Below, in pieces: positions 1-10,697 of a stretch of DNA of 64,000 nt (position 1 is its first letter; the number at the start of each line of letters is the position of its first letter). The notes under the pieces are model-generated. The model was not told the origin of the DNA, did not search any database, and saw only the letters and a list, made by a program, of their open reading frames with translations. Both the position numbers and the translations under genes were made by a program. This DNA is from an uncultured Balneolaceae bacterium (lineage in GTDB: Bacteria; Bacteroidota; Rhodothermia; Balneolales; Balneolaceae). Location: NCBI GenBank assembly GCA_964449075.1, contig CAYVBJ010000013.1, positions 12,436-76,435 on the forward strand, given 5' to 3'.

Positions 1-18
1 CTGACGTATACTATTGAT

Positions 19-1068
19 CTAACTTGTCACCGGATAGGATGACTTCTTCATATTTGCAAATTTTACCAGTGAAAGCATCACCGGCACTTCAATCAATACT
101 CCTACAACAGTTACAAGTGCGGCACCCGATTCAATTCCAAAAAGCATAATCGCAACAGCAACGGCAAGTTCAAAAAAATTGCTTGCACCGATCATGGAGC
201 CCGGGGCACAAGTTTGATAGTTCAGGTTCAGCCATTGGCCGCCATACCATGCGATAAAAAAAATAAAATATGTTTGAATGATCAATGGAACTGCTATCAG
301 AAGGATAACCACCGGCTCACTTAAAATTCGATCACCCTGGTAGGCAAAAAGTAAAACAAGCGTGAGCAGCAAAGCGGTAATTGAGACAGGTTTAAATTTG
401 GGCAAAAATCGGATAGTATACCATTCCAGTCCTTTTTTATTGACAAGGATTTTGTATGTAATGTATCCGGCGGTTAAGGGGATAACCACAAAAGCTACAA
501 CAGAGGTTACAAGTGTATTGTATGGAATTGAAATATTAGTTATTCCCAGCAAAAAAGCGACAATTGGGATAAAGAGTATCAGGATCAAAATGTCATTTAC
601 TGACACCTGAACCAATGTATAGGTTGGGTCACCGTCGGATAGATAAGACCACACAAATACCATAGCCGTACAGGGTGCGGCTCCAAGAAGTATGGCTCCC
701 GCTATATATTCTTGTGCCATTGAGGGCTCAATCCAGGCACTGTAGATATTGGAAAAGAATATCCAGGCAAAAAAAGCCATGGTAAAGGGTTTAATGGCCC
801 AGTTAATTATGACTGTCCATACCACACCTTTTGGTGATTTACCGACATCTTTGAGTGCACCAAAGTCAATTTGCAGCATCATTGGATAAATCATAGCCCA
901 GATGAGAATCGCAATAGGGATATTAACTTCGTAGAGATTAAAATCGCTCAGTACCGCAATGGAGTCACCGGCTGTGTAACCAACCAATATGCCGGCAACA
1001 ATACAGAGTAAAACCCAGACGGTGAGATATTTTTCAAAAAAGTTGATTGATTTTTCAGATTCAGCCAC
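19..1068 (-). CDS. acr3: ACR3-family arsenite efflux permease
   Basis: 349-aa polytopic membrane ORF whose sequence resembles ACR3 family members. It is the last gene of a same-strand ars string (arsM-arsR-MPE-arsD-arsA-usp-acr3). Confidence 0.9.
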   Translation of the reverse strand: MAESEKSINFFEKYLTVWVLLCIVAGILVGYTAGDSIAVLSDFNLYEVNIPIAILIWAMIYPMMLQIDFGALKDVGKSPKGVVWTVIINWAIKPFTMAFFAWIFFSNIYSAWIEPSMAQEYIAGAILLGAAPCTAMVFVWSYLSDGDPTYTLVQVSVNDILILILFIPIVAFLLGITNISIPYNTLVTSVVAFVVIPLTAGYITYKILVNKKGLEWYTIRFLPKFKPVSITALLLTLVLLFAYQGDRILSEPVVILLIAVPLIIQTYFIFFIAWYGGQWLNLNYQTCAPGSMIGASNFFELAVAVAIMLFGIESGAALVTVVGVLIEVPVMLSLVKFANMKKSSYPVTS

Positions 1069-1109
1069 AGTGATCGTAATTAGTTTTAGATGATATTTTC
1101 TGTTTTTAT

Positions 1110-1955
1110 TTAATTTCGTGCGGGGATAAGCAGTAAAGGTTTTGATGTTAATCGTGCAACCCTCAAGCTGTTACTCCCTATAAATAATTGTTCAACGAAC
1201 CCTTTTCCCTGGGCTCCCATAATGATTAGTGTGTTATTATTTTTATTCGCAAAGTTTTCGATTTGTAGAGCCACGTGACCTTCCAATATTTTAGTATCAA
1301 TTTTATCCACTCCCTTTTTCCGGAGTTTATCTGCCCGGTTTTCAAGTTTTTCGCTTTCATTTTTCACGGCAGAACTGGTTCTTACGTATAAAAGTGTCAC
1401 ATTTGAACTTTTCAGCTGCTGATTTTCAAACAGGGATAACATTTTGTCTGCATTATCTGAGAAGTCTGTTGCTATGAGAAAATTTTTCGTCAAACTCTTG
1501 CAAATTGAAACAGCATTATTGCCGGGTTGATCTGATATTCTCAACAGTAAAACCGGCATATTTGCCCGCTGAAGTATTTCTGAAGCCACACTTCCCAGTA
1601 TCAATTCAGCCATTCGATTATGTCCGCGATGGCCCAGAATGAGCAGATCGGCAGAAAGATTTTTAGCCTCTTTCAAAATTGTAACAGGAGCGTATGTGCC
1701 GGATTCTATTTTTAATTTGTAATCTGTCTGAAACCCCTGGTTTTTCACCTTAGATGCATAATTTTTGAGCTTTTCTTCCATCGAAGATGTGTCAAATTTT
1801 TCGGGTCCGCCTGGGTATGGATTCGAAATCACTGTCAAAAGAGTCACTTGTTCAATTCCCAGATCTTTTAAATCGCCCACACAGTGAACCAAGTCATCAC
1901 TCGATTCAGACAAATCAAGAGCCAGGAGGGCATGGTTAAATTTCATAGGATTCAT
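1110..1955 (-). CDS. Universal stress protein, tandem UspA domains
   Basis: 281 aa with two Usp-like halves. Each ends in the ATP-binding-type motif G-x2-G-x9-GS (ILGHRGHNRMAELILGSVASEI and IMGAQGKGFVEQLFIGSNSLRV). It lies between arsA and acr3. Confidence 0.85.
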   Translation of the reverse strand: MNPMKFNHALLALDLSESSDDLVHCVGDLKDLGIEQVTLLTVISNPYPGGPEKFDTSSMEEKLKNYASKVKNQGFQTDYKLKIESGTYAPVTILKEAKNLSADLLILGHRGHNRMAELILGSVASEILQRANMPVLLLRISDQPGNNAVSICKSLTKNFLIATDFSDNADKMLSLFENQQLKSSNVTLLYVRTSSAVKNESEKLENRADKLRKKGVDKIDTKILEGHVALQIENFANKNNNTLIIMGAQGKGFVEQLFIGSNSLRVARLTSKPLLLIPARN

Positions 1956-1982
1956 CAGGTTTAAATTTTGTTGTTTACAACA

Positions 1983-3761
1983 CTAATGAGTTACGGTTTG
2001 CTTGTCCTCTTGCGCCATTGTTTTCAAAACATGATCCTGCGAAATCCAGGGAATAGCATAGAGTCGTTGGGCATGATCTTCTCTCATTTTTTTCAGCAGT
2101 GGTTTTTCTGCAGCAGCCCGCTGCTTCAAAAGCGGATCGTTTACCGTAGCCGCCGACATACTCTGATTCGCGATCCATCCGAAAGGCTCAATACCCGATC
2201 GTTTTAAATCGTCCTGCAGTTTTGCAGCTTCCGAAACAGGCGTGGTTTCGGGAAGCGATACGATTAAAAGTTTTGAATAGTCAGGATCTTTGAGATACAT
2301 GTAAGGTGTTCTGAGTTTATCTGCATCCACAATCGTATTTCTGAGCACTTCTCTGTGATAACCGCCGGTCGTATCCAAAAGCAGCAGGGTATGGCCTGTT
2401 GGAGCTGTATCAATCACTACAAACTTCTGTCTGGCCTTGTGAATGGCTTTAGAAAAAGCCTGAAATACAGCTACCTCTTCGGTACAGGGCGATTCAAGAT
2501 CCTCGCGCAGAAGCTTCAGTTCCTCTTCGGATCTGTTTTTGCCCTTTTGTTTCAGAACTTTTTCGATGTAAGCCTCTTTCTCCACATCCGGATCAATGCG
2601 GTCAACTTCCAGATTTTCAGGTAGTTTCAGTTCATCGACTTGATCCATCAGGTGAGCCGCAGGATCGGTTGTTGTTAAATGAACCGGATACCCTTTATCT
2701 GCCAGTTTCAAAGCCAGGGCCACAGCAATGGTTGTTTTGCCCACACCGCCTTTTCCCATAGTCAGGATCAGTCCGTGATCTTTTCTGTCTGTAAGTTCGT
2801 TTATCAGTTGATCAAGCCCCGTAAGATTACTTTCATGCTCTTCCGTTAAGATGGATTGGCTGTTTTGCCTGATCTCTTTTTTGTCAAGTGGTTCAAACAC
2901 TTTACGCAGTTTTTCGATTCCCAGAAGATTGTAGGGACGAAGAGGGAAGACCACACGGCTCATCACTTTCAAACGATCCGGCATATTTTCTAATGTCTTA
3001 TCCGCCATCTCTTTCATTTTTTGTGCGAAAGGGTCCGATTCATCTACCGGTTCAAAATAGCCGTTGATCAGTAAAAACTGGTTGGAAAGCCCCATTTCTT
3101 CCAGTTCCCTGCCTGAACGGTCTGCCTCTCTCAGTGCGGATTCATCGGGACGGCTCACCAGGTAGATTGCAGTTGCATCTTCATCTTTCAGTCTTTCCAC
3201 CACTTTCTGATACCGTTTCTGGCTGGTTTTCAAGGCTGAAGAGGGGCCAATACACGATGCACCATCCGGATTGGATTTGATATAATCGCTCCAGGCTGCC
3301 GGTAATTCAAGCAACCGAAGTGTATGTCCGGTGGGAGCTGTATCAAATATAATTACATCATAAGGCTGGTCATCACCATCGCCTGCAACATAACGGGCAA
3401 ATTCATCAAAGGCTGCAATCTCTGTTGTACAGGCGCCTGACAGTTCCTCCCTGATTTTTTCGATTTCATGACCGGGCAGGATCTCTTCCAAAGGTGAGAT
3501 CACACGTTGACGATACTCTTCAGCCGACTGTTCGGGGTCAATATTTACAGCATGGAGATTTTCGACGCCTTTAACAGGGTTGATTTTTTCAGTGATATCG
3601 GTTTCAAGCACTTCCTTAAGGTTGGAAGCGGGATCCGTACTGATCAGCAGAACAGATTTACCTTCATCGGCCAGTTTAACAGCGGTGGCACTTGCAAGTG
3701 AAGTTTTACCAACACCCCCCTTACCTGTGAAAAAGATATATGGAGTGATTTCAGGTAACAT
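1983..3761 (-). CDS. arsA: Arsenite-stimulated ATPase ArsA
   Basis: 592 aa with two homologous halves. Each has a P-loop GKGGVGKT(S/T) and the ArsA signature DTAPTGHTLRLL / DTAPTGHTLLLL. Confidence 0.95.
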   Translation of the reverse strand: MLPEITPYIFFTGKGGVGKTSLASATAVKLADEGKSVLLISTDPASNLKEVLETDITEKINPVKGVENLHAVNIDPEQSAEEYRQRVISPLEEILPGHEIEKIREELSGACTTEIAAFDEFARYVAGDGDDQPYDVIIFDTAPTGHTLRLLELPAAWSDYIKSNPDGASCIGPSSALKTSQKRYQKVVERLKDEDATAIYLVSRPDESALREADRSGRELEEMGLSNQFLLINGYFEPVDESDPFAQKMKEMADKTLENMPDRLKVMSRVVFPLRPYNLLGIEKLRKVFEPLDKKEIRQNSQSILTEEHESNLTGLDQLINELTDRKDHGLILTMGKGGVGKTTIAVALALKLADKGYPVHLTTTDPAAHLMDQVDELKLPENLEVDRIDPDVEKEAYIEKVLKQKGKNRSEEELKLLREDLESPCTEEVAVFQAFSKAIHKARQKFVVIDTAPTGHTLLLLDTTGGYHREVLRNTIVDADKLRTPYMYLKDPDYSKLLIVSLPETTPVSEAAKLQDDLKRSGIEPFGWIANQSMSAATVNDPLLKQRAAAEKPLLKKMREDHAQRLYAIPWISQDHVLKTMAQEDKQTVTH

Positions 3762-3832
3762 GATTTTTAATTATGAATGGTAAATTTTTAATGATGAACT
3801 GTCCTTGGATATGCTGAAAAAATTGTAAGGTA

Positions 3833-4261
3833 TTAACAACACCCTCTTTCCGGGGCACAACCCTTAGACTGCTCAACGGGTAATTCATCTGCCGCCATCG
3901 TTTTATTTTCCTGATCTACAGCAGTACCGTTTTTCCGGTCAAGATCTATCCAGTTGGTTAGTGCTGTCCGGCCGGGGTAGCCGCCTTCTGAAACCATCTT
4001 TCCATTTATGAAAATAAGAGGCAGTACTTTGGCGCCATCTTTTTTTAAACGTTCTAAAACATGAGGATTCATTTTAAAGGTTTCAGGTTCCTGTCCCAGG
4101 TTGTAACGTTTCACATCAACTTCCTGTGATTTCAGCCATTTTACATCATTGGCAAAATCCGCGAGGGAATCATCCACGTCAGACCCGCAGACACCGGTAC
4201 TGCAACACATGGCGGGATCGTATACTTCAATCAAAGTTTTTGTCTCTATTTTATCAGCCAT
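3833..4261 (-). CDS. arsD: Arsenic metallochaperone / repressor ArsD
   Basis: 142 aa. It has the N-terminal MCCSTGVCG motif (Cys12/13/18 equivalents), a thioredoxin-like body and a C-terminal CC pair. It sits immediately upstream of arsA. Confidence 0.9.
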   Translation of the reverse strand: MADKIETKTLIEVYDPAMCCSTGVCGSDVDDSLADFANDVKWLKSQEVDVKRYNLGQEPETFKMNPHVLERLKKDGAKVLPLIFINGKMVSEGGYPGRTALTNWIDLDRKNGTAVDQENKTMAADELPVEQSKGCAPERGCC

Positions 4262-4354
4262 TTCAATTCTTTTGTTTGTTATATTTAATTCATCGTAAAA
4301 ATACGATTAAATAAACTGAACTCCAACACCGGTTTTAGTCTTTAGAAAGAATGT

Positions 4355-5119
4355 TTAGCCTCCTTTCCTAAGCATATCCGCAAACGGATCTGGCAGGGGA
4401 CTCTCTTCAACAGCTTTCGCAGCTTTATCGATATCGTACTCAATGCGAATAAATTCAACACCAAGCGCGTCAGGATTCGAGAGATCAAGGTCGCCTTCCC
4501 AATCCAGCATTACATAACAGGCTCGCGGGTCACCGTCTTTTGGTTTTCCGACCGATCCGATATTTATGGCATGCCGAAAATTTCCATCATTATCTTTCAA
4601 TTTTTTGTGATACGGTTTATGCGTATGGCCAAAAGCCATGGTATGAGCATTTGAATTTTCCATCATACGTATCAGGCTTTTATCTTCACGGTCTTCGAAG
4701 AGGTACTCATTGATTTTTCGCGGGCTGCCATGTACGAGCAAAAGATGATACGGATCTGTATTGACTCCATATTCAACACGAATATGCGCCGGAAGAGAGC
4801 GGAGATAGGCACGGTTTTCATCCGAGATAATTTCATTGGTAAAAGCAATCGATTCAGCACCACGGGCTTTGTCTTCGTCTGTTTTATAGGCACATCCGCA
4901 GTCATCACTGTTCAGGCCAACACCCTGGTCGTAATTACCGGCAATAACCGGTATTCCCTTTTTTCGGATGGTTTCAATCACTTCATTGGGAAACGGTGCG
5001 TATCCTACAAGGTCTCCCAGGCAGTAGACCGCATCCGGAGATCGTGAGTAGATATCATCAAGTACTGGTGTAAGCGCGTCGATATTGGCATGTATGTCAC
5101 TAAATAAGGCAATTTTCAT
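4355..5119 (-). CDS. Calcineurin-like metallophosphoesterase (YfcE/MJ0936-like)
   Basis: 254 aa with ordered phosphoesterase motifs SDIHAN, GDLVGY, GNYD, VHGSP and GHTH. It is 6 bp downstream of arsR. Confidence 0.8.
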   Translation of the reverse strand: MKIALFSDIHANIDALTPVLDDIYSRSPDAVYCLGDLVGYAPFPNEVIETIRKKGIPVIAGNYDQGVGLNSDDCGCAYKTDEDKARGAESIAFTNEIISDENRAYLRSLPAHIRVEYGVNTDPYHLLLVHGSPRKINEYLFEDREDKSLIRMMENSNAHTMAFGHTHKPYHKKLKDNDGNFRHAINIGSVGKPKDGDPRACYVMLDWEGDLDLSNPDALGVEFIRIEYDIDKAAKAVEESPLPDPFADMLRKGG

Positions 5120-5124
5120 ATCGG

Positions 5125-5481
5125 TTAGCAGCAGGTTTTGATAAGTTCATCGGAAAGTTCAGAAAGGAGTATCTGTAGCTCCCGAATTCCATCCGGATTA
5201 AGACAGTAGCATGTACGTACACCTTCTACTTCGCCCTTTATGAGTCCGGCAGATTTCAGTGCTTTGAGGTGCTGTGATACTGTTGATTGAGCCAGCGGAA
5301 GGATTTCCGTGATGTCTCCGCAAAAGCAGGTGCTGCGGTCTGCAAGTATTTTTAATATGGCTATCCTTGCCGGGTGTCCGAGTGCTTTAGCAATAACCGC
5401 GGATCGTTCAATCGACGGATCTCCAATTTCTATGGATTTAACACTGCTCATAAGTTTTGATTTATTGAGTTGAAATTTCAA
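5125..5481 (-). CDS. arsR: ArsR/SmtB-family metalloregulator
   Basis: 118 aa with a winged HTH (ARIAILKIL...QSTVSQHLKALKSAGLI). It has the CFCGD motif at the alpha3 metalloid-site position plus a C-terminal CC. Confidence 0.85.
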   Translation of the reverse strand: MKFQLNKSKLMSSVKSIEIGDPSIERSAVIAKALGHPARIAILKILADRSTCFCGDITEILPLAQSTVSQHLKALKSAGLIKGEVEGVRTCYCLNPDGIRELQILLSELSDELIKTCC

Positions 5482-5513
5482 GGCGGATCAGAATGAAAAT
5501 CATTGGATTCACC

Positions 5514-6407
5514 TCATTTTTCTGCATAGAGTGTTATGCTGAAAATCCCTGTGTCCGAATTCCGGAATGCATCTTTTTCTTCGGGTGACAGATATTTAGA
5601 AAGCATTTCATCCGGAAGCTGAATCTCCTTTATTTTTTGAACTTTGATATTTTTAAACCCGGAGTCTTTTACAATTTCCAGGTAGAGGTCCTTGTCAATG
5701 GCTCCTGCCACGCAGCCTGCATACATTTCAGCATCTTCACGAATTTTGCCTGGCAGATCACCGGAGAGAACCACATCTGAGATGCTGAAATGCCCGCTGT
5801 TTTTAAGAATTCTGAATGTTTCGGAGAATGCTTTTCTTTTGTCGGGTACAAGATTCAGCACACAATTACTTATCACTACATCGGCAACGGAATCGTCAAG
5901 CGGAAGTTCTTCTATATCACCTGCAAAAAATTTCACATTTTCATAGTTGAGTTTTTCAGCATTATCCCTCGCTTTATCAACCATCGATTCAGTCATATCA
6001 ATACCAATCACCTGTCCGGTATTTCCCGTGAGCTGACGTGCCACAAAACAGTCATTACCGGCTCCGGAGCCCAGGTCAACAACAGTGTCGCCGGGTTTAA
6101 TTCCTGCAAATTCAGTTGGTAACCCGCAGCCAAGTCCGAGATCGGCATCAGGATTATATCCTTCCAGATGAGAGTAGTCGTCAGAAAAAATCGTGTAATC
6201 CGATTTTTCACTGGAACCGCAACAGCTGCCTGGTCCGCAACAAGCTGAATTTTTCGCATTCTGGCTGATCTCAGCATATTTTTCTTTCACCGATAGTTTA
6301 ATTTCATCCGGGGTTTGGATATGTTGTTTCATTTTTTTCTGGTTGTAAAGATCTGATTGATATATATTCATCGTATTACAACGATTAATATATTCTTTTG
6401 ACTCCAC
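5514..6407 (-). CDS. arsM: Arsenite S-adenosylmethionine methyltransferase
   Basis: SAM-MTase motif I VVDLGSGAGND, an N-terminal Cys cluster CCGPGSCCG, and further Cys in GCGLP and YAGCVAGA as in ArsM. The true start is probably the internal ATG at 6332 (MKQHIQTPDEIK...). Confidence 0.85.
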   Translation of the reverse strand: MESKEYINRCNTMNIYQSDLYNQKKMKQHIQTPDEIKLSVKEKYAEISQNAKNSACCGPGSCCGSSEKSDYTIFSDDYSHLEGYNPDADLGLGCGLPTEFAGIKPGDTVVDLGSGAGNDCFVARQLTGNTGQVIGIDMTESMVDKARDNAEKLNYENVKFFAGDIEELPLDDSVADVVISNCVLNLVPDKRKAFSETFRILKNSGHFSISDVVLSGDLPGKIREDAEMYAGCVAGAIDKDLYLEIVKDSGFKNIKVQKIKEIQLPDEMLSKYLSPEEKDAFRNSDTGIFSITLYAEK

Positions 6408-6760
6408 TAATACAACTTAATGGGGAAAGGTTGTTGAAACAGGTATTCTTTCGGGTATTATAGACATGTTACTCTAAATGCGGGAATGGACTCCGGGTCT
6501 GTGTAAAAAATGTACAAAATTCGATCTATCGCTCGATACTTTGGTTTCAGCCTGTGTTTTCGGATTAAAAACTGAAACTCGCAATCAAAGAGGCAAACGT
6601 TGTAAGCTCATAGGGTATAAGAAATAACAGCGATACGAGGTAAATGATCCATAGTTTGGTTTTTAATAACAAATGACTCCATATAAATTTTATATGCTCT
6701 TTTATCTTGTAAATAAATACAGCATCATTGCTGCTAATTTTTATTTAAAAAAATTGAAGA

Positions 6761-7528
6761 TTATTGAAGCAGTAGAAAAAGGCCGGCGGCAAGAAAAGCA
6801 CCAGCAATCGGTCCAAAAACCGGTACCCATGAATATGCCCAGTCACTACTGCCTTTGTGCGGAAAGGGAAGAAGTGCATGAGCAATACGTGGTCCCAGAT
6901 CCCGGGCAGGATTTATCGCATATCCCGTGGGTCCTCCCAGCGACAGACCAATCCCAAGTACAAGGAGTCCAACAGGCAGGGCAGATAATGCACCGAGACC
7001 AAACCCGATTTGTTCGCCGTTCAGGTTTATGGTTTCCAAGAACTCACCGTTCGGACCTATAAAACCCGGAGAGACCATGTACATCACACCAAATACAAGT
7101 ATAAAGGTCCCTATTACTTCCGTCATAAAGTTGGATGGATAATTTCTGATTTCGGGTGCTGTTGAAAAAATTGCAAGCTTAACCCCTTCATCTTCGGTTG
7201 CTGAAAAATGATCTTTATATGCAAGCCAAACGACTACAGCACCTAAAAAGCCACCCAGTGTTTGAGCGATTATATAGGGCACTACCATAATCCAATCGAA
7301 AAGACCTGCGGCTGCAAGGCCTATGGTTACAGCCGGATTGATATGAGCTCCGCTGAACTGGCCTACAGTAAAAACAGCGACAAAAACGCCCATACCCCAT
7401 CCCCACGTTATAACAATCCAGCCGCTGTTATTGCCCTTGGTTTTATTCAGAACAACATTTGCTACAACACCACCCCCAAAGATTATTAAAATAGCGGTGC
7501 CAATAATTTCAGCTATAAAAGGATACAT
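6761..7528 (-). CDS. glpF: Aquaglyceroporin / glycerol uptake facilitator (MIP family)
   Basis: 255 aa, 6 TM helices, two NPA boxes (HINPAVT and AINPARD). It is adjacent to glpD and glpK. Confidence 0.85.
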   Translation of the reverse strand: MYPFIAEIIGTAILIIFGGGVVANVVLNKTKGNNSGWIVITWGWGMGVFVAVFTVGQFSGAHINPAVTIGLAAAGLFDWIMVVPYIIAQTLGGFLGAVVVWLAYKDHFSATEDEGVKLAIFSTAPEIRNYPSNFMTEVIGTFILVFGVMYMVSPGFIGPNGEFLETINLNGEQIGFGLGALSALPVGLLVLGIGLSLGGPTGYAINPARDLGPRIAHALLPFPHKGSSDWAYSWVPVFGPIAGAFLAAGLFLLLQ

Positions 7529-7566
7529 ATTAGTTAGATTTAGAGTTAAGAATTCAAAACTTCCGG

Positions 7567-9141
7567 TTAGTTTTGTTCAGATAGTACGTAATTTTCAGCA
7601 ATTGCTGTATACTCTTTCACTTGTTCTTCCTGCCATTTTTTGTCGTGGCCGGCTTCTTCCGCCATGAGGCGGGCAACTTCAGGGGCCATTTCAATGCTGG
7701 CAGGTGCATCCAGTAAAATTGCCCTTGTTCTTCTTGCCAGTATGTCTTCTACAGTAACTGCAAGTTCCTTCCGTACTCCCCACACCACTTCCGCTTTCAG
7801 ATAAGGAAGACGTTCATGAAGTTTTTCGCCCAGTTCCGGACGTTTTTCAATCATTTTTTCAAGTGATACCTTATCCGAGCCGTAGTAATAAAGAGGATCT
7901 TTTTTATCAACGTTTTTTAGCCATCCGTGAATACGCAGATTTTCAGTAGTGCATTCCCTGATATTCAAACCAGCTACTGTTGCTGCCTGGTCGATCGTAT
8001 CCTGGGCCATTTTGCGATAGGTTGTCCATTTTCCGCCTGCAATCGTCACAAGACCTGATGGAGAAACAATTAGCGTATGATCACGTGATAACGAAGCTGT
8101 ATCTTTCGAATCTCCTGATTTTACGAGAGGTCGCAAGCCTGCAAACACACTTCTAACATCTTTCCTGGTCGGGTTGCCGGTGAGATACTGAGAAGCATGT
8201 TTCAGAATAAATTCAATCTCTGACTCCATAGCCACCGGCTCCAGTAATGGACTTTCAACAGGTGTATCAGTTGTTCCAAGTACAATTTTATCATGCCAGG
8301 GCACAGCAAAAAGTACGCGCCCGTCTTCCGTGTGCGGAACCATGATTGCACTCTCGCCCGGTAGGAATTTTTTATCAATGATAATATGGACTCCCTGGCT
8401 CGGAGCAATAATATTGTTGGCATCTTTGTTATCCATTTTCAGGATATCATCGGTAAATACGCCGGTGGCATTTATTACAACCCGGCCGTTTACTTCAAAT
8501 GATTCACCCGAAACCTGATCAGTAACTGTAACACCATTTGTGGTATCATTTGATTTCAGAAGTCCGGTTACTTTGGCGTAATTGAGAATGGTTGCATCAT
8601 GATCGAGTGCAGTTTGAACAAGGTTAATCGCAAGCCTGGAGTCATCGAATTGTCCGTCATAATAGATAACACCGCCTTTCAATCCTTCCGACTCAATTGT
8701 TGGCAGCAGCTCAAGAGTTTTTTCCCGGGAGAGATTTTTTGATGGTCCAAGACCAAGTTTACCGGCCAGCATGTCGTATACTTTCATCCCGATTCCGTAA
8801 AACGGGCCTTCCCACCAGTCATAATTAGGTACAATAAAAGATTGGTTGCGAACCAGGTGCGGGGCATTCTGAATTAGAAGTCCGCGTTCGCGCAAGGCTT
8901 CAAGTACAAGAGTTACATTTCCCTGCTGCAGATAGCGAACTCCACCATGCACCAATTTCGTAGATCTGCTGGATGTGCCTTTCGAAAAGTCATGCTGCTC
9001 CAGAAGCAGTGTTTTATATCCCCGTGATGCAGAATCAACAGCTGCTCCAAGTCCGGTTGCGCCTCCTCCGACAATTATGACATCCCAGTATTTTGCTTCG
9101 GATTTTACTCCGTCTAACATTTCATTTCTGTTTGGTTTCAT
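7567..9141 (-). CDS. glpD: FAD-dependent glycerol-3-phosphate dehydrogenase
   Basis: 524 aa with an N-terminal dinucleotide fold VIIVGGGATGLGAAVD and a DAO-type body plus C-terminal GlpD-type domain. It lies in a glp gene string. Confidence 0.9.
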   Translation of the reverse strand: MKPNRNEMLDGVKSEAKYWDVIIVGGGATGLGAAVDSASRGYKTLLLEQHDFSKGTSSRSTKLVHGGVRYLQQGNVTLVLEALRERGLLIQNAPHLVRNQSFIVPNYDWWEGPFYGIGMKVYDMLAGKLGLGPSKNLSREKTLELLPTIESEGLKGGVIYYDGQFDDSRLAINLVQTALDHDATILNYAKVTGLLKSNDTTNGVTVTDQVSGESFEVNGRVVINATGVFTDDILKMDNKDANNIIAPSQGVHIIIDKKFLPGESAIMVPHTEDGRVLFAVPWHDKIVLGTTDTPVESPLLEPVAMESEIEFILKHASQYLTGNPTRKDVRSVFAGLRPLVKSGDSKDTASLSRDHTLIVSPSGLVTIAGGKWTTYRKMAQDTIDQAATVAGLNIRECTTENLRIHGWLKNVDKKDPLYYYGSDKVSLEKMIEKRPELGEKLHERLPYLKAEVVWGVRKELAVTVEDILARRTRAILLDAPASIEMAPEVARLMAEEAGHDKKWQEEQVKEYTAIAENYVLSEQN

Positions 9142-9200
9142 TGTCTCTGATATTTTCTTGATAGATTTAAATTATTTTTAAAATAGATAGTTGCTGAATC

Positions 9201-10697
9201 TTATTTTTTAGACCACTCATTAGCAGCATTTAAAGCACGATTCCACCCATTAATTAAAACTTTTGAGTGTTTCTCTTCCATTTCGGGTGTAAACTGCCGG
9301 TCTTCCTGCCACTGTTCATTTATTTCATCGTGATCTGCCCAGTAACCGACAGCAAGACCCGCCAGGTACGCGGCACCCAGAGCGGTGGTTTCTAACACCT
9401 TTGGCCGGATGACAGGAGCCTGCAGGATATCGGACTGAAACTGCATCAGAAGATTATTGGCAGCTGCTCCGCCATCCACACGTAGTTCACGGATATCAAT
9501 CCCGGAGTCGGCCTGCATTGCATTCAGCACATCCATTGCCTGGTAGGCAATTCCTTCAAGGGCGGCCCGGGCAATATGTCCGGCGTTTGATCCTCTCGAC
9601 AATCCCACAATTGTACCGCGCGCATGCTGATTCCAGTGTGGTGCACCGAGACCTGCAAAAGCCGGAACCAGGTAAACTCCGTCGTTGTCGGGAACCGACT
9701 TTGCCAGTGCTTCTACGTCATATGAGTTGCGTATGATCCCCAGTTCATCCCGCAGCCACTGAACAACGGCTCCTGCAATAAAGATGCTTCCTTCAAGAGC
9801 GTACTCAACTTTTCCATTTACTTCCCACGCAATGGTTGTAAGTAAATTATTCTTGGATTCAATAGGTTTTTCACCGGTATTCATCACCATAAAACAGCCG
9901 GTGCCATACGTATTTTTAACCATGCCCGATTTGATGCAACGCTGGCCAAAGAGAGCGGCCTGCTGATCACCTGCAATTCCGGCAATAGGTACTTTTGAAG
10001 CAAAAATAGTGGTTTTAGTTCTTCCGTATATTTCACTTGAGGGCTTCACATCCGGTAGCAGGCTCTGCGGGATATCGAGAATCTCAAGAATATCCTGATC
10101 CCATTCACAGTCATGAATGTTATAGAGCATTGTACGCGAGGCATTGGTTACATCGGTGATATGGAGTTCTCCGCGGGTAAAATTCCAGATCAGCCAGCTG
10201 TCCATCGTACCGAAAGCAAGCTCTCCGTTTTTAGCTCTTTTGCGCACTCCGTCAATGTTGTCAAGAATCCACTTGATTTTTGTAGCTGAGAAATAGGAAT
10301 CAAGTATAAGCCCGGTTTTTTCCCGGAATGTTTCGGTTAGCCCGTCCTTTTTTAGCTTATCACAGAAATCGGATGTGCGGCGATCCTGCCATACGATGGC
10401 ATTGTAGACCGGTTTCCCGGTTTTTCTGTCCCAGATCAGCGTAGTTTCCCGCTGATTGGTAATGCCAATAGCAGCCATGTTGTTTCCATTTAAACCGGAC
10501 TTTGCGATAGCTTCAGCTGCAACACCGGCCTGGGTTGACCATATCTCATTTCCATCGTGTTCCACCCATCCGGCTTTTGGATAAATCTGTTTAAACTCTT
10601 TTTGAGCCGTAGAAATGATGGATCCTTTTTTATCAAAAATGATGGCTCTTGAACTTGTGGTTCCCTGGTCGAGTGCTAAGATATATTTTTCAGGCAT
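9201..10697 (-). CDS. glpK: Glycerol kinase
   Basis: FGGY kinase with N-terminus [17 protein letters not shown] and high similarity to GlpK throughout. I moved the start from the ORF-track 10769 to the ATG at 10697, verified in the sequence. Confidence 0.95.
   Translation of the reverse strand: MPEKYILALDQGTTSSRAIIFDKKGSIISTAQKEFKQIYPKAGWVEHDGNEIWSTQAGVAAEAIAKSGLNGNNMAAIGITNQRETTLIWDRKTGKPVYNAIVWQDRRTSDFCDKLKKDGLTETFREKTGLILDSYFSATKIKWILDNIDGVRKRAKNGELAFGTMDSWLIWNFTRGELHITDVTNASRTMLYNIHDCEWDQDILEILDIPQSLLPDVKPSSEIYGRTKTTIFASKVPIAGIAGDQQAALFGQRCIKSGMVKNTYGTGCFMVMNTGEKPIESKNNLLTTIAWEVNGKVEYALEGSIFIAGAVVQWLRDELGIIRNSYDVEALAKSVPDNDGVYLVPAFAGLGAPHWNQHARGTIVGLSRGSNAGHIARAALEGIAYQAMDVLNAMQADSGIDIRELRVDGGAAANNLLMQFQSDILQAPVIRPKVLETTALGAAYLAGLAVGYWADHDEINEQWQEDRQFTPEMEEKHSKVLINGWNRALNAANEWSKK

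Noticed and set aside
6673-7062. 129-aa plus-strand ORF at the glpF 3' end
   Set aside because: It overlaps glpF (with two NPA boxes) on the opposite strand for most of its length, and its upstream part is AT-rich spacer.
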